This document shows positions 12,939-23,991 of a stretch of DNA of 64,000 nt, in pieces; positions within the stretch are counted from its first letter, which is position 1; each line of letters begins with the position of its first letter. This stretch comes from an uncultured Chthonomonadaceae bacterium (GTDB lineage: Bacteria; Armatimonadota; Chthonomonadetes; Chthonomonadales; Chthonomonadaceae), in NCBI GenBank assembly GCA_963835065.1, contig CAWIEK010000050.1, forward strand, positions 128,001 through 192,000, written 5' to 3'. The notes below the pieces were generated by a model, which did no database searches, had not been told where the DNA came from, and saw nothing but the letters and a program-made list of their open reading frames with translations. The position numbers and the translations under genes are program-made.

Positions 12939-14962
12939 TTAGGGAAGTTTTTCCAGCACGAGCGTCACAACATCCCAGGCCATGCCGCTGCTTTTCGCGT
13001 TCTTGCCCATCAGCTTGAAGAAGACCTGATTCGGCCCCTCCTTCAATTCCAGTTCTCCCATCGGCAGGAGTTGGCTTCTGTCCCGCGTTTCGGCGTAAAA
13101 ATCGGTGGGTGGCCCGACAGCGTGTTCGTTCTGGAAAAGCTGTACGATCCCCTGCGCGGTTCCGGTCATGGATTCGATGGAAACGCGGTAGCGTCCCGCA
13201 GCAGGTATCGCGCACAAAAACGAAAGCAGATGCTCCCCAAACAGATTGTCGCCATCCGTATGCAGCGAAAGAAAGCGGTTTTCCCTGCCGTTGATTTGCT
13301 CCACTTTCTTGGCAAGGGTGGCATGTTCCATCGAAAAGGCATGAATAGGGCAGATACCAACCGGGCGTAAAGACGAGCCGCTCAGGATCATGCACCGTTC
13401 GCGCCGCCAATGCCGGCAATGTCCACGCGGATGTGGGAGGGTTTTCCAGGTACAGGTAACTGACGCCCACGTAATCCGCGTCGAAATCGTTTCGTTCGGG
13501 CGCGTGTTCCATGTCGAGTTTCAGGCTGTTATGGAAAGCGTAAGCGTCCGTCAGGAACAGGCGGTATGCGCCGCTGCGCGCCTGCGGGCGGCTGTAGTCC
13601 AGGCAGCCGCTCAGGGGATAGGAGGCGCGGGCCTCCCAGCGTCCGGGCACGTCGTACCAGCCGCCGTTAAAGAAATCTTCTGAACCCGTGCCGTGAATGG
13701 TCAGTTCGCCATCCAGATACGCCTGATCGTCGCCCTCAAAGAACGGCGTGATGCCGGGAACCGAACCCTGCGCCTGCAAGGTCACGCCGACAAGATGCCC
13801 GCGCCCCTGCGTTTCCACATAAGTAAACGGCTTGCCCTTGATGGTAGGATTGTCGCGCCGCCAATGGGCATAGAATTTACCTTCGTCCGGTCGGCGCGGC
13901 AGGGAAGCATGGACGATCTCCGCCTGCACTTGCACGGGAACCCCGCCGGAGCGTTCCGAAATTAGTTCAATTTTCGCCGCATGGTCAAACGGCATCGGGA
14001 AATAGCAATAGGCTGTGCCTGCCTCGCTGCCGACAAGGAGCGAGCGGGCGGCGGGATCGCCCCACGAGTAGCCGAAGAAATCCCCCGCCGGACACAGCAC
14101 CGCCGGCTCTTTGGCTCCGTCCCAGGTGATTTTGAGTGTAACGGCTCGGTCTTTACCGGCGAAAGCGGACGCGGGCGACAGGCGAATACCCGCGATACGC
14201 CCGCCCTTTTTGCTTTCAAACAGCGTCACCGTTTTGCCCGGAGCCAGTGATCCGCGCGCTTTTCGTGACCTGTAAGGAGGTTCCTTCCGGGACAACCAGG
14301 GCGCTCACATCCTTGCCGCTCATGCCCAACGCGCGCTGCGCCTGCCGCATAACCGGCCCGCTCATAGCGGGCGCATCCGGCGCAAAGGTTTGGAGGTCGG
14401 TATCGGGCGCATAGGTGGCGTAGTTGATCTGGTAGAACTGCACTTTCGGGGCGCGGATAATGACTTTGCAGGAGACTTTATAAGGAAGCGGCAAATAGCT
14501 GTAAAAGCCGCCGGAGCCGAAGCCGACGAGCGGCGCGTTGAAGGGCGGCTTGCTGCCGTCGAACAACTGCCGGTATTTGCAGGTCACGCGGGGCGTCGTT
14601 TCGCCATCGAAATAGAACTCAATCGGCTCATCGGTGGGCGTGGGCGTCCAGATGCGGGTGATAACGCCGGGGCCTTTCAGGTCGGCAATGACAAGTCCAT
14701 CCCCCTCCTTGCGGACAAAGGAGTACTTGCCGGAAAAGCCGTCATCGTTGCCGCCCGTACGGTCATAACTGGAAATGGAAGCCACTTTGACCGACGTTTT
14801 GAAACGGGGAAGCAGGTCAAGCCGCGTCCATTCGGACAAGCCGTAAACAGCCTCTGAGTCCGCTGCCGCCACTCCTGTCTGCAAGATTAAAAACAGCGCT
14901 GCGAATAGCGCTGCAATTGAAAATAGGCGATTGAAAATACCACACCAACGCATTGAAGCCAT
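12939..14962 (-). CDS. DUF2961 / GH172-like secreted glycoside hydrolase, split by two apparent frameshifts
   Basis: SSYDRTGGNDDG and GPGVITRIW in 14216..; FFEGDD and HGTGSEDFFNGGWY in 12853..14295; C-terminus in 12939..13391. Confidence 0.8.
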
Positions 14963-15138
14963 TCTTATCCCCTTCTTACTATGAACGTTCTGCATACCCG
15001 CTCTGTATGTCATTTTACCATGCCGTAATGCTCGCAGGGTCGTTTTGTGCCGCGTTGGGAGATAATCGGATAGGTTTGCCTTTAGTTTGCCTGTGTTTCA
15101 GCCGACATACCGCCATAAACCTTTGTTGGGAGGCGCGT

Positions 15139-15543
15139 ATGCACCTGGCGCACAGATGCCATTCTGCTGTTGACGTGTTCGCGGGCAGACTGGAAGACAA
15201 ACAAATTCACTATGGCCTCGTCTTTGCCCTGCCCGATGGCGGGAGCAGCGCCGATCTAGCCGCTGTTCGCAAATGCGCGGACGTGAACACCGATTCGCGG
15301 CATGGCACGATTAAAGACTGGCATTTGGGAGTGGTGGGGGCTTCGCTGCCGTCCGGTCATGTCGTTCTGCTTGTTCCCCGCACCTGGCTGATCCGGCAGG
15401 GCTATCTTCCCTGGTGGGTACTGTTTTGGCCCTATGGCCGCTTTGCCATTCGCCGTCCAAACGTGTTCCAACAGCACTTCTGGCTGGAATGGCCGGGTGA
15501 GGGGGGCATGGAGGAAATGGAGGCTCAGTTAAAGGCGGCATAA
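15139..15543 (+). CDS. Hypothetical protein
   Basis: GGAGG RBS before ATG 15139; 134-aa open frame. Confidence 0.5.
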   Translation: MHLAHRCHSAVDVFAGRLEDKQIHYGLVFALPDGGSSADLAAVRKCADVNTDSRHGTIKDWHLGVVGASLPSGHVVLLVPRTWLIRQGYLPWWVLFWPYGRFAIRRPNVFQQHFWLEWPGEGGMEEMEAQLKAA

Positions 15544-15860
15544 CTTTTTCGGGTTGCTGTCGGGTTGGTGTTTGCGAACACCTATCAAACTCGCGGCCAT
15601 CCCCGGCGTCATGCCCTGAACTGGAATCGCGCCCTGAATACAGTGAATATAAGCACAAGCAGGATTTTACGCCGCTGCTGTTCAAGATAGGAGAAAACAG
15701 CCGCGAATGAACGCGAATGGAATACCGGCCCATACGCGATACCTGCTCTGTCGTATGGGGATGCAGGCTCTGCTCAACGGCCTATTCCAATTTCTCTGTG
15801 ACCCCTCTGTGTCTCTGTGTCTCTGTGGTGAACAAATTTCTCAACTCTCAGGAGCCGACC

Positions 15861-16715
15861 ATGCCCCGTTTTGGCTACCATTTCGACCCGCCAATGGCGA
15901 CAATACCGTTGCGGCTGTCGGCGCGTGATTCTGTAACCTTTCAAACCACGCTGCGCAACCCTATGCGGCTGTCGAAAGTGGACATTCCCGACGAAGCGGA
16001 TCAGGAAGCGTATCGCGCCCATGCCGCGCTGTCAATGGCTGCAAGCGGCGCGGCGCAAGCGGAAAATTTGTGGGGCATGGTTCACGCTTCCCTGATTACC
16101 AACATCGCGTCGCCGGACGTTCGTATCCGGCATGGCTCCATCAGCGCGCTTGTCGGGGACGCCAATCTCGCCGCGTCGTTGGGAATGGCGGGCGTGTGCT
16201 TTCACGGCGGTTACCAGAAGGGACACGATTCGCGGGAAGCGGCTCTGGACGCGCTGGCGGTCAAACTCAAAGATGTGCTTGCCAAACTGGAACACGGCGC
16301 GTCCGTGTGGCTGGAAAACGGCTGCGAGGGAACGGAATTAGGGCAAACGATAGCGGAAATCGGCCAGGTTGTGCAGGCCGTTCGCCCCGACCCGGCAAAG
16401 TTCGGAATTGTGCTGGACACCTGCCACCTGCACGTTGCCGGCTTCGATCTTGCTGCCCCGGATGCTCCACAACGCCTCGCCGATGAACTCGAAAGCAATG
16501 GCCTGACTTCCTACCTGCGCGCCTTGCACCTCAACGACGCCCGCGAAGCCTGCGGCAGCCACCGGGACCGCCACGCTACCCCCGGCGACGGCACAATTGG
16601 CGAAGGTCTGCGCCACTTGTGCCGCCATCCTTTATTTGCCCCACTTCCCGCCATTCTCGAACTTGGTTCGGAAGACGCAACGCGCGGCATCGCCTACTTA
16701 CAAGAACAAATTTAA
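15861..16715 (+). CDS. nfo: Endonuclease IV-like AP endonuclease (TIM barrel)
   Basis: Metal-ligand motifs VHA, FHGG, LEN, DTCH, HLND, DRH and ILE; AGGAG RBS. Confidence 0.7.
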   Translation: MPRFGYHFDPPMATIPLRLSARDSVTFQTTLRNPMRLSKVDIPDEADQEAYRAHAALSMAASGAAQAENLWGMVHASLITNIASPDVRIRHGSISALVGDANLAASLGMAGVCFHGGYQKGHDSREAALDALAVKLKDVLAKLEHGASVWLENGCEGTELGQTIAEIGQVVQAVRPDPAKFGIVLDTCHLHVAGFDLAAPDAPQRLADELESNGLTSYLRALHLNDAREACGSHRDRHATPGDGTIGEGLRHLCRHPLFAPLPAILELGSEDATRGIAYLQEQI

Positions 16716-16772
16716 CCGCAAAGGAGCAAAGACCGCAAAGAGGAGAGAAGAAGAAAAGAAGAAAAGAAGAAT

Positions 16773-16871
16773 GGGAACCGCGAAACACGCGAACTAAACG
16801 AAAAGGAAATGCAAAAACAACAAAAAGGGAATAGACAGGATTAACGGGATTAGAAGGATTAAACAGGATTA
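16773..16871 (+). repeat. ~98-bp direct repeat, copy 1
   Basis: GGGAACCGCGAAACACGCGAACTAAACG...GGATTAAACAGGATTA, near-identical to 17823..17920. Confidence 0.9.
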
Positions 16872-16973
16872 CGAACCGAGAACTGAAGCCTGCTTATTCT
16901 GAACAGGCGGCATCTGGAGATTTGCCCGTGTTCTTTTCGTCATTTTTCGTTTATTTCGCGTGTTTTGCGGTTC

Positions 16974-17459
16974 TCATTCTGCTTCAGACTGCTCTTCCAG
17001 CATGGCTTCCAGTTCCGCCAGCGCTTCCAGGTCTTTGGGACGCCCAACCGACCGCTTCACAAAAATCAGGCGATTCAGTCCGAGACAATGACAACGCACT
17101 CCAAAAACGTCCAGAAGTACGCTGTAAGGCAACAAATCTTCATACCCACCGCCTGCCGTGATCTCGCCGAGCAGATCAATCTCGCCAAGCGTAGTTGTCA
17201 GCGTAAAATTCAGCCCGTTGCGGATCGTTTGTCCATCCAGATGAAAAGGCAGTCCCGGCGGCAGTCCACGCAGATAGGGTTCATAAGGCGCGAGCGCGGC
17301 AGCCAGGCGATTGGCGTTTTCCATACTGCGACGGTATACAATATCCAGGTCAAGTGTCAGCCTGCTGGCTCCGTGCGCGGTTGCCGCCGCTCCGCCAATG
17401 ATGACGTACTCGACACCGCCCTCCGTCAGTGCCTGTAAAAGCGCGCGAAAGTTGGTCAT
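16974..17459 (-). CDS. Nucleotidyltransferase family protein (possible toxin of a toxin-antitoxin-like pair)
   Basis: YVIIGGAAATAHGASRLTLDLD and KRSVGRPKD motifs. Confidence 0.8.
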   Translation of the reverse strand: MTNFRALLQALTEGGVEYVIIGGAAATAHGASRLTLDLDIVYRRSMENANRLAAALAPYEPYLRGLPPGLPFHLDGQTIRNGLNFTLTTTLGEIDLLGEITAGGGYEDLLPYSVLLDVFGVRCHCLGLNRLIFVKRSVGRPKDLEALAELEAMLEEQSEAE

Positions 17460-17644
17460 GGCCTTCTCCGCGCCTCGCGTCCCGCGCGCTGCAATTCTTC
17501 CGCAAAGCGTTGCAGCTCCATCAGGCGCTCGAAACGCTCTTCTACCGTGCGCTTCATGTTTTCTCGAATCAGGGTTCGATCTATATCCTTCTTGTAGGCT
17601 TCGATAACGGGATCAGGGGGAAAGGGAAACGGTTGTTTTGCCAT
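17456..17644 (-). CDS. Small protein translationally coupled to the nucleotidyltransferase (possible antitoxin)
   Basis: PDPVIEAYKKDIDRTLIRENMKRTVEERF; ATGA overlap with the downstream gene. Confidence 0.7.
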   Translation of the reverse strand: MAKQPFPFPPDPVIEAYKKDIDRTLIRENMKRTVEERFERLMELQRFAEELQRAGREARRRP

Positions 17645-17822
17645 GTGCGTTGTTCTCTTTTCCTTCGGCGCTTTGTCCACGACGAAATAACGGCACTATA
17701 TACTCGACTTGAAGCAGGCACAATTAGTGCCCTCCTGAACCCGTTGGAACCTTCGCTCCTCTTGCCAAATTATACCGCAAAGAGGAAAAAAAGGAGAAAA
17801 AAAGAAAAGGAGAAAAGGAGAG

Positions 17823-17920
17823 GGGAACCGCGAAACACGCGAACTAAACGAAAGGAAATGCAAAAACAACAAAAAGGAAATAGACAGGATTAACGGGATT
17901 AGAAGGATTAAACAGGATTA
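17823..17920 (+). repeat. ~98-bp direct repeat, copy 2 (partial inverted copies follow at ~18000-18102)
   Basis: Direct sequence comparison with 16773..16871. Confidence 0.9.
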
Positions 17921-18085
17921 TCAACGGACAGGCGCGTCTGACTGTTCTTGAATCCGCGTTTATCCGTTTCATCCATTTTATCTGTGGTTTGCTTTTGGCT
18001 CTTTTTTCGTTTAGTTCGTGTGTTTCGCGGTTTCTAATCTCCCATCTCCTTTTCTTCTTTTCTTCTTTTCTTCTCTTTGCGGTTT

Positions 18086-18544
18086 TTACTCCTTTGCGGT
18101 TTGCGTTTCCCATTCGCCGAAGGTATGGCGTTCCTGTTCGGCATAAGCGCGCATTAGTTGCAGGGCATCGGGTGTGTCAATGGGGCGGGGCACTTTGGCA
18201 ATGGGGCAGGGCATCCATTCGACGTGGCCGAGCAGCCGGCAGGCAAGCGGGCGAACGGGGTACACGGCGCAGAAGCGCGTTCGCATGTCGAAGTAGCGGC
18301 ACATTTGCACGGTCACGTCGTCGCCTAAGTCAACGGTTTTGTCCTGCGCGAGAACATTCTCAAGATGGCGGCGTTCAGATGGAGGCATTGCAGCAAGATG
18401 CGATTGCAGCGCGTCCCATTCGTCTGAGGACGCGGGCACGTCGTGGGCGCAGCGCAGGTGACAGGCATCACAGCCATTGCAGACTTCAAGCTGCATTTGC
18501 TGCTCACAAGTGGTCTTTAATTCGATATAAGTAAGAATTGGCAT
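18086..18544 (-). CDS. YkgJ family cysteine-cluster protein
   Basis: CNGCDACHLRC, CRYFD and CAVYPVRPLACR motifs. Confidence 0.85.
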   Translation of the reverse strand: MPILTYIELKTTCEQQMQLEVCNGCDACHLRCAHDVPASSDEWDALQSHLAAMPPSERRHLENVLAQDKTVDLGDDVTVQMCRYFDMRTRFCAVYPVRPLACRLLGHVEWMPCPIAKVPRPIDTPDALQLMRAYAEQERHTFGEWETQTAKE

Positions 18545-18663
18545 AATTGCGTTGACAGGCTGGAAGTTACTTGAAAATCAGGTGTCTCCTCCTACAGCCA
18601 GTATACCACTGCTTTTGGAGCGTTCTCATACTCTTCGTGGGAACGGATGTTGTGAGCGAAGTT

Positions 18664-21381
18664 ATGAAAAGTCTTGTATCCATTACGCGCAGCCGACACG
18701 AGTTGACCGTGACAACGTTGTGTGTTGAATTGCCCGACGCGGCGCTGCTTGAAACGCTTGAAAAAGCCGAGTTGCTGGATTTTGGCGCGTGTCATTCTCT
18801 GCAAACATCCGCTTTGAACGCCTGTGATGTGGCTTTGAGTGAGCGGCAAAAGCAGTTAGGGCGTTCGTGGCAGGCCTTGGAAAGCGTTGCCGCGCCGAAT
18901 GTGGAAACCTTGTTTCATGTTTGCGTCGCGCTGCTGGAAACCGTTGTCGGGACAGAAGAAAATCCCGATTTGCCGCCGTTGCTGACATGGCATCGGGAAA
19001 CTGTCGCGCCGCCCCGCAGGCCGACAGCGGCGCACCCCCGCGCTTACAAAGGAACAAAAGTTCAGCCGCCCAAATTGCCCCTGCCCCAAACTGTAAATTT
19101 GCGCCCCTATCTGCGCGACCACCATAGCGTTCGCCTCGTACTCACGCGCTTGCGTCCGTTTTGGAATGAGGCTGCGCTTCGATTACAGCGCTTCGGGTAT
19201 GAACCGGCGCGTTTGAAAGTGTTGGGAATGGCGGCACAAGCGGGCAATGACGCTGACTCCGCTATCAGCGCAATTCTCGCTGCCGAAGGGGAGGCAAGCC
19301 GGCTGCCCGCTAAGTTTCGGCGCGTTCTTCTGCCATTGCTGCAAGGATGGGAACGGGCGCAGGTAACAGCGTATCTGGCTTTATACTGGAAACTGCAATT
19401 GAACGCGGACGAGACGTTGTTGAGCGTGTTGGCGCATCTGGTTCAGCAGCAAAACGACGACGTGACGCTTGCATGGGGTGAAGTTCTCGCCCAATTAGCA
19501 ACAGAATGGCGTGTTACGTTCGCCTGCCTGCTGATATTTACGCGGGCGTACCGGCTTGCCCCACGCGCGCTCTCGCCCGCCGTATTGAAGGCATTTGAGA
19601 GTATGGAGGCGCAGCCATACCCAGTGTATCGTTTGTACTGCCTGCTGCTCGGACTGGCGCGGAATGTAGATGGCGATTACCTGCTGGCAGGATTTGCAGT
19701 CGCCAACGAAACTTACCCGAAACACCGTTTTTATGATGTGGAGCGAAGCGGCCCGTACCCTGTGGAAGCGGCAGAGCGTTGTGTCGCGCATATCCGCCCT
19801 ACTTTTAGCGGGCGATATGAAGACACGCCGTTGCTTATATGGGAAGCCTGCGGAGCGTTGCCGGGTTTTGACCGGATGTTAGCAGAAACGGGTTGGAGCG
19901 CGTATTCGCCGGATGTAGCCCGCAAGTATGTACGGTTGTTCTTGAGCGTACTCTGGCAGGATGGAACAATTGCGCAGAAAACCGACTGTTGGCTGTGGCT
20001 TCGGCAGATCAAACCCCGTTTGGATTTGCTGCTGGAACATACGCGCGAGGAGTACCGGGGCAAATGCCTGGGTATCTTAAACGAGTGCGCGTGGGAGTGG
20101 GGTGAAACGCCCCAAACGCGGAAGCGTCTGACAAACGCGCTTGCCTTGATCGAACGGGTTTGTCGCCCGCCCCTGCGCCAGCGTTCCGGCACGGCGCGCG
20201 CAATAGCTATTTTGGCGCGGCATCTGGAGGACGCGGCCTGTATGCAGATAGTGTTCGCGCCGGACTCCAGTTTCCTGCGCCTGGAGGAAGCCTGCGCGCG
20301 GGAAAACAGCGCGACGCTGGTGGAAGCGGGCATGGAAACGCTGGCGCGGCATACAGCGGATTGGATGGCGAAGGCGTTTGCCCGGTATGCGGCGAAATTG
20401 TGCCGCATAACCCGATTGCTCGGCTGCTTTTCCGACGCGATGCGGGCGGAAGTTGTACGCGATTATGCGCGGTGGCTTTGTTCGCAGCCGAATGTTACGC
20501 CTATGGAATTGACGGATGCCTGCGCGTTTGCTGAAGCAAGCGGAAGCGCCTGCGGCCAGAATTTTGTTCCGCGCGCCCTGCGGGAGCATCTTGCGCAAAC
20601 CCGGCTGTTAAGCGCGGAGCGGCTGGCGCATTACCGCCGGGAAATGGAAGACCGCCTGCTGCTGGCGCAACTGGAAACGCTGGAGCAGAACGATTTGCAG
20701 GCAATGTGTTCCGGATTTGAAGACGCGGTTGATTTGGAGGCTCCGCCGGAGGGAGGCAATGCCGCCGTTCATCATGCCATGCAGATGCGCTGTCATATTA
20801 CCGATAATCGGCGGGGATTCCGTAAATTTCTGCGGGCGTATCTGAGCGGGGATAAGCATTATCTGCAACAGCATCCTTGTTCGCAGGCATGGTTTCGGCG
20901 GCATCCCCGCGTCACCCCTGAGATTTGGCTGCAAGGAATTAAACTTCCCGCCGTTTGCATCGAAGGGATTGGAACCGTTCACATCGGCGTGGAAACGGAA
21001 CCATTGGAAGCATTGCGGATGGGAACGCATGTCGGAAGCTGCCTGGGCATCGGCGGCGCTTTTGCCCATTCCGCCGTCGCCAACATGCTTGACATCAACA
21101 AGCAGGTGGTGTATGCGCGCGATGAAGCCGGGCGCGTCGTGGCGCGGCAACTGATAGTGGTTTCCGAAGAGGAGCAGTTGGTATGCTACGGCGTGTACCC
21201 GGATGCATCCAGCCGCGCGCTGCAAGGCTTGTTTCGGGACTATGACCGGCAATGGGCAAGCGCGCTTGGCCTGGAATTGTTTCGCGCCGAAGAAGATGCG
21301 GAGTACACCATTGCCCACGTATTATCGCAGCGCTGGTGGGACGATTACGCCTGGAACTTAAAAGTCAACGATGCGCCATAA
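18664..21381 (+). CDS. Large hypothetical protein, probably mostly helical, with a conserved-looking C-terminal domain
   Basis: ~905-aa uninterrupted ORF; C-terminal EPLEALRMGTHVGSCL...NKQVVYARD...ARQL; start uncertain. Confidence 0.75.
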   Translation: MKSLVSITRSRHELTVTTLCVELPDAALLETLEKAELLDFGACHSLQTSALNACDVALSERQKQLGRSWQALESVAAPNVETLFHVCVALLETVVGTEENPDLPPLLTWHRETVAPPRRPTAAHPRAYKGTKVQPPKLPLPQTVNLRPYLRDHHSVRLVLTRLRPFWNEAALRLQRFGYEPARLKVLGMAAQAGNDADSAISAILAAEGEASRLPAKFRRVLLPLLQGWERAQVTAYLALYWKLQLNADETLLSVLAHLVQQQNDDVTLAWGEVLAQLATEWRVTFACLLIFTRAYRLAPRALSPAVLKAFESMEAQPYPVYRLYCLLLGLARNVDGDYLLAGFAVANETYPKHRFYDVERSGPYPVEAAERCVAHIRPTFSGRYEDTPLLIWEACGALPGFDRMLAETGWSAYSPDVARKYVRLFLSVLWQDGTIAQKTDCWLWLRQIKPRLDLLLEHTREEYRGKCLGILNECAWEWGETPQTRKRLTNALALIERVCRPPLRQRSGTARAIAILARHLEDAACMQIVFAPDSSFLRLEEACARENSATLVEAGMETLARHTADWMAKAFARYAAKLCRITRLLGCFSDAMRAEVVRDYARWLCSQPNVTPMELTDACAFAEASGSACGQNFVPRALREHLAQTRLLSAERLAHYRREMEDRLLLAQLETLEQNDLQAMCSGFEDAVDLEAPPEGGNAAVHHAMQMRCHITDNRRGFRKFLRAYLSGDKHYLQQHPCSQAWFRRHPRVTPEIWLQGIKLPAVCIEGIGTVHIGVETEPLEALRMGTHVGSCLGIGGAFAHSAVANMLDINKQVVYARDEAGRVVARQLIVVSEEEQLVCYGVYPDASSRALQGLFRDYDRQWASALGLELFRAEEDAEYTIAHVLSQRWWDDYAWNLKVNDAP

Positions 21382-21804
21382 CTAAACTCAGACGCGCTGT
21401 TTTCAAAAACAACAAGAGGAACAGCGCCAAACGCGCCGGTTGAAAAACCGGTGTTTCATCGCGCATGGCGGCATTTACAGCCTACATGGGCGACTTTTTT
21501 TAATGTATCCGCGGAAAATGAACATACGGAGGGGAAAAGGCGTCCTACATACATAGAAAAAAAGCAAACAGCCAAAAAAAATTACTAGTTTTTCGACTGT
21601 TAGCCGAAAAATGGGAAATACCTGTGTTACAATGGAAAGTGTAGTTTGTCCGACCATTTGTGTCGTTATTCTCCCCGCCCGGAAGTTGCTAGCCCCGATG
21701 CCCGATGAAATCCATGCCGATTTTCTCAATGTGCTTTTCGTAGGTTTTTCTCGTTTACTGTTGTATAAATTTACATTAGAATCGAGGCTGGTTTCATCCA
21801 TTCT

Positions 21805-22431
21805 ATGATCGATCAGCGTTATCTAAACAATACCGCGCTAACAGACGCTCCTCCCCTCTCTCACACTCTTGTTTTGCGCGCCAAAAGCGATGGCTACCAC
21901 ATCTATCCAACCGGAACCCTCAATAAGTATGGGAGTGTCTTGATTGTCAGTTCCAGTGATGCCGATGAAGTCCGCAGCCTCGTTGAATTTGATGTAGCTT
22001 CCTTGCCGGACTCCGCCACTATTACGCGGATTACCCTGCAACTGCATGTTGTGGAGTGCCGGCTTGCCAATGCCGAGGACGCCATGACGCTGTGCTGTTA
22101 CGGCTATATCGGGGACGGCCACGTCACGGCGGATGATGCCAGCGCCGGAATTTTTGCCGGCGGAATTTCCCTGGACGACGCGCGACTGAGCGGCTTGATC
22201 AGCGTGGACATTGCCCCGGAGTTTGTGCAGCGCGCAAAGGAAGCCGGTTATGTCGGCTTTCGCCTGCAAACAAGCGCTTCGGACACCAGCACGTTCTCGA
22301 ATTGCCTTGTCCTGCGCTCCCTGGAGAACATCAACCCCGATTCCACTCCCCTGCTGTTCCTGGATTATGCTGTTGAAGAGATTGTGGGAGATACCTGTAT
22401 TGTCGCCACACGCCCTGATATGGCTCCGTAG
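21805..22431 (+). CDS. Hypothetical protein with DNRLRE/CBM96-like beta domain
   Basis: RSLVEFDVASLPDSATITRITLQL and SLEN...PLLFLDY pattern. Confidence 0.55.
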   Translation: MIDQRYLNNTALTDAPPLSHTLVLRAKSDGYHIYPTGTLNKYGSVLIVSSSDADEVRSLVEFDVASLPDSATITRITLQLHVVECRLANAEDAMTLCCYGYIGDGHVTADDASAGIFAGGISLDDARLSGLISVDIAPEFVQRAKEAGYVGFRLQTSASDTSTFSNCLVLRSLENINPDSTPLLFLDYAVEEIVGDTCIVATRPDMAP

Positions 22432-22633
22432 GGGCGTCCGGGTTAGTAGGGTTTTAAGGTTCTAGGGTTTTAGGTGGTTAGGGTATTCAGGTGTTCAGGT
22501 ATTCGGTGTTCGGGTATTCAGGCAGTTGAATACGCGCATGTTCCGATACGTATGGCGCGTTTTCATTATGCGCAGGCGGCATTGCGTGTAAGGGCGGATT
22601 ACACGCGGTTGTTCGCCAACTGCCGGGCAGAGT

Positions 22634-22921
22634 TCAGGCGGGAGCATTCGTATCGCGGGACAGTACGCGGCGAATCGGGATGTTGGCTACCAGCGCAACC
22701 GTGTCTCCCTCCGCGCAGTCCAGATTCACTTCCAGTGCTTCCTCGTCTATATCCAGATGCTTGCGCAGCACCAGCAAAATGTCGCGCCGAATCTCCTCTA
22801 TCACAGCAGGAGGTATGTCGGCGCGGTCGTGCATCAGCACCAGCCGCAGGCGGTCTTTGGCAATGGATTTCGCGGTTTTTTCGTTTTTGCCGAAAAGACG
22901 GTCAAAGAAACTAAGAGGCAT
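22634..22921 (-). CDS. minE: Cell division topological specificity factor MinE
   Basis: AKDRLRLVLMHDR and LVANIPIR; follows minD. Confidence 0.95.
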   Translation of the reverse strand: MPLSFFDRLFGKNEKTAKSIAKDRLRLVLMHDRADIPPAVIEEIRRDILLVLRKHLDIDEEALEVNLDCAEGDTVALVANIPIRRVLSRDTNAPA

Positions 22922-22968
22922 CGTCGGGTTCCTTCCTGAAAGGTTTGAATTTGAAATCGTATGCGGAC

Positions 22969-23787
22969 TTATTTGGATTTTCCGGCAAACATCTTTTTCA
23001 AGCGCTCCAATAAGCCGAGTTTTTCTTCCAAATCCAAATAGGGAACGGTTTCTCCCCGCAGGCGGCGCGCGATGTTGCGGTACGCCTGCCCCGACAGCGT
23101 TCCTTCCGACATGGAAACCGGTTCGCCTCGATTGGTGGACGTGATGATCGCCTCGTCGTCCGGCACGATGCCCAGCAGCTTGATGTTGCTGCCCAGAATC
23201 TCCTGCACGTCTTCCACGCCCAGCATCTCCTGGTTCCGCACCATCTGCACCCGCAGGCGATTGACAATCAGCATCGCGTTGTGCAGTTCCTGTGCTTCCA
23301 GCAGGCCGATGATTCTGTCCGCGTCCCGCACGGACGCCATTTCCGGGTTGGTGACGACAATGGCTTCCGTCGCGCCGGCTGTGGCGTTTTTGAAGCCCTG
23401 CTCGATACCGGCGGGGCAGTCTATGAGAATAAACGAAAATCCTTCCTCCAGCAATTCCGCGATAATTTGCTTCATCTGCATGGGGCTGACCGCGCTTTTG
23501 TCGCGCGTTTGCGCGGCGGGAAGCAGCGCGAGGTTCTGATTGCGCTTGTCCTTGATGAGCGCCTGCCGCAACTTGGCCCGGCCTTCCACGACATCCACGA
23601 TGTCATACACGATGCGGTTTTCAAGGCCAAGTGCAAGGTCAAGATTGCGCAATCCGATATCGGCGTCGAGCAGGGCGACTTTTTCGCCTAAATTGGCGAG
23701 CGCCGCGCCGATGTTGGCGGTCGTGGTCGTCTTACCGACCCCGCCCTTGCCCGAAGTAATGACGATCACTCGTCCCGTAGTAGCCAT
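22969..23787 (-). CDS. minD: Septum site-determining ATPase MinD
   Basis: SGKGGVGKTT, DIGLRNLD, DCPAGIEQGF; C-terminal amphipathic helix. Confidence 0.97.
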   Translation of the reverse strand: MATTGRVIVITSGKGGVGKTTTTANIGAALANLGEKVALLDADIGLRNLDLALGLENRIVYDIVDVVEGRAKLRQALIKDKRNQNLALLPAAQTRDKSAVSPMQMKQIIAELLEEGFSFILIDCPAGIEQGFKNATAGATEAIVVTNPEMASVRDADRIIGLLEAQELHNAMLIVNRLRVQMVRNQEMLGVEDVQEILGSNIKLLGIVPDDEAIITSTNRGEPVSMSEGTLSGQAYRNIARRLRGETVPYLDLEEKLGLLERLKKMFAGKSK

Positions 23788-23991
23788 ACTCAAAAAATAT
23801 CCCCCGTTTGTAGGTTTTTATGGTTTTAAGGTTTTAGGGTTTTAGGTTGTTCGCTCCCTTATTGCCCTGCCACTGTCTGTTCCCATTTCCTGTTTACAAC
23901 GCTTCGTATTATACCGTGTTCCCGCTCCTTAAACGTGGATGGGTTCCACGTTAAGAATCCTAAGCCCCTAAAACCATAGAACCCTAAAACC

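Noticed and set aside
16715..18102. CRISPR array or integron attC array
   Set aside because: Only two long direct copies, no regular spacers, and no cas or integrase gene in the window.
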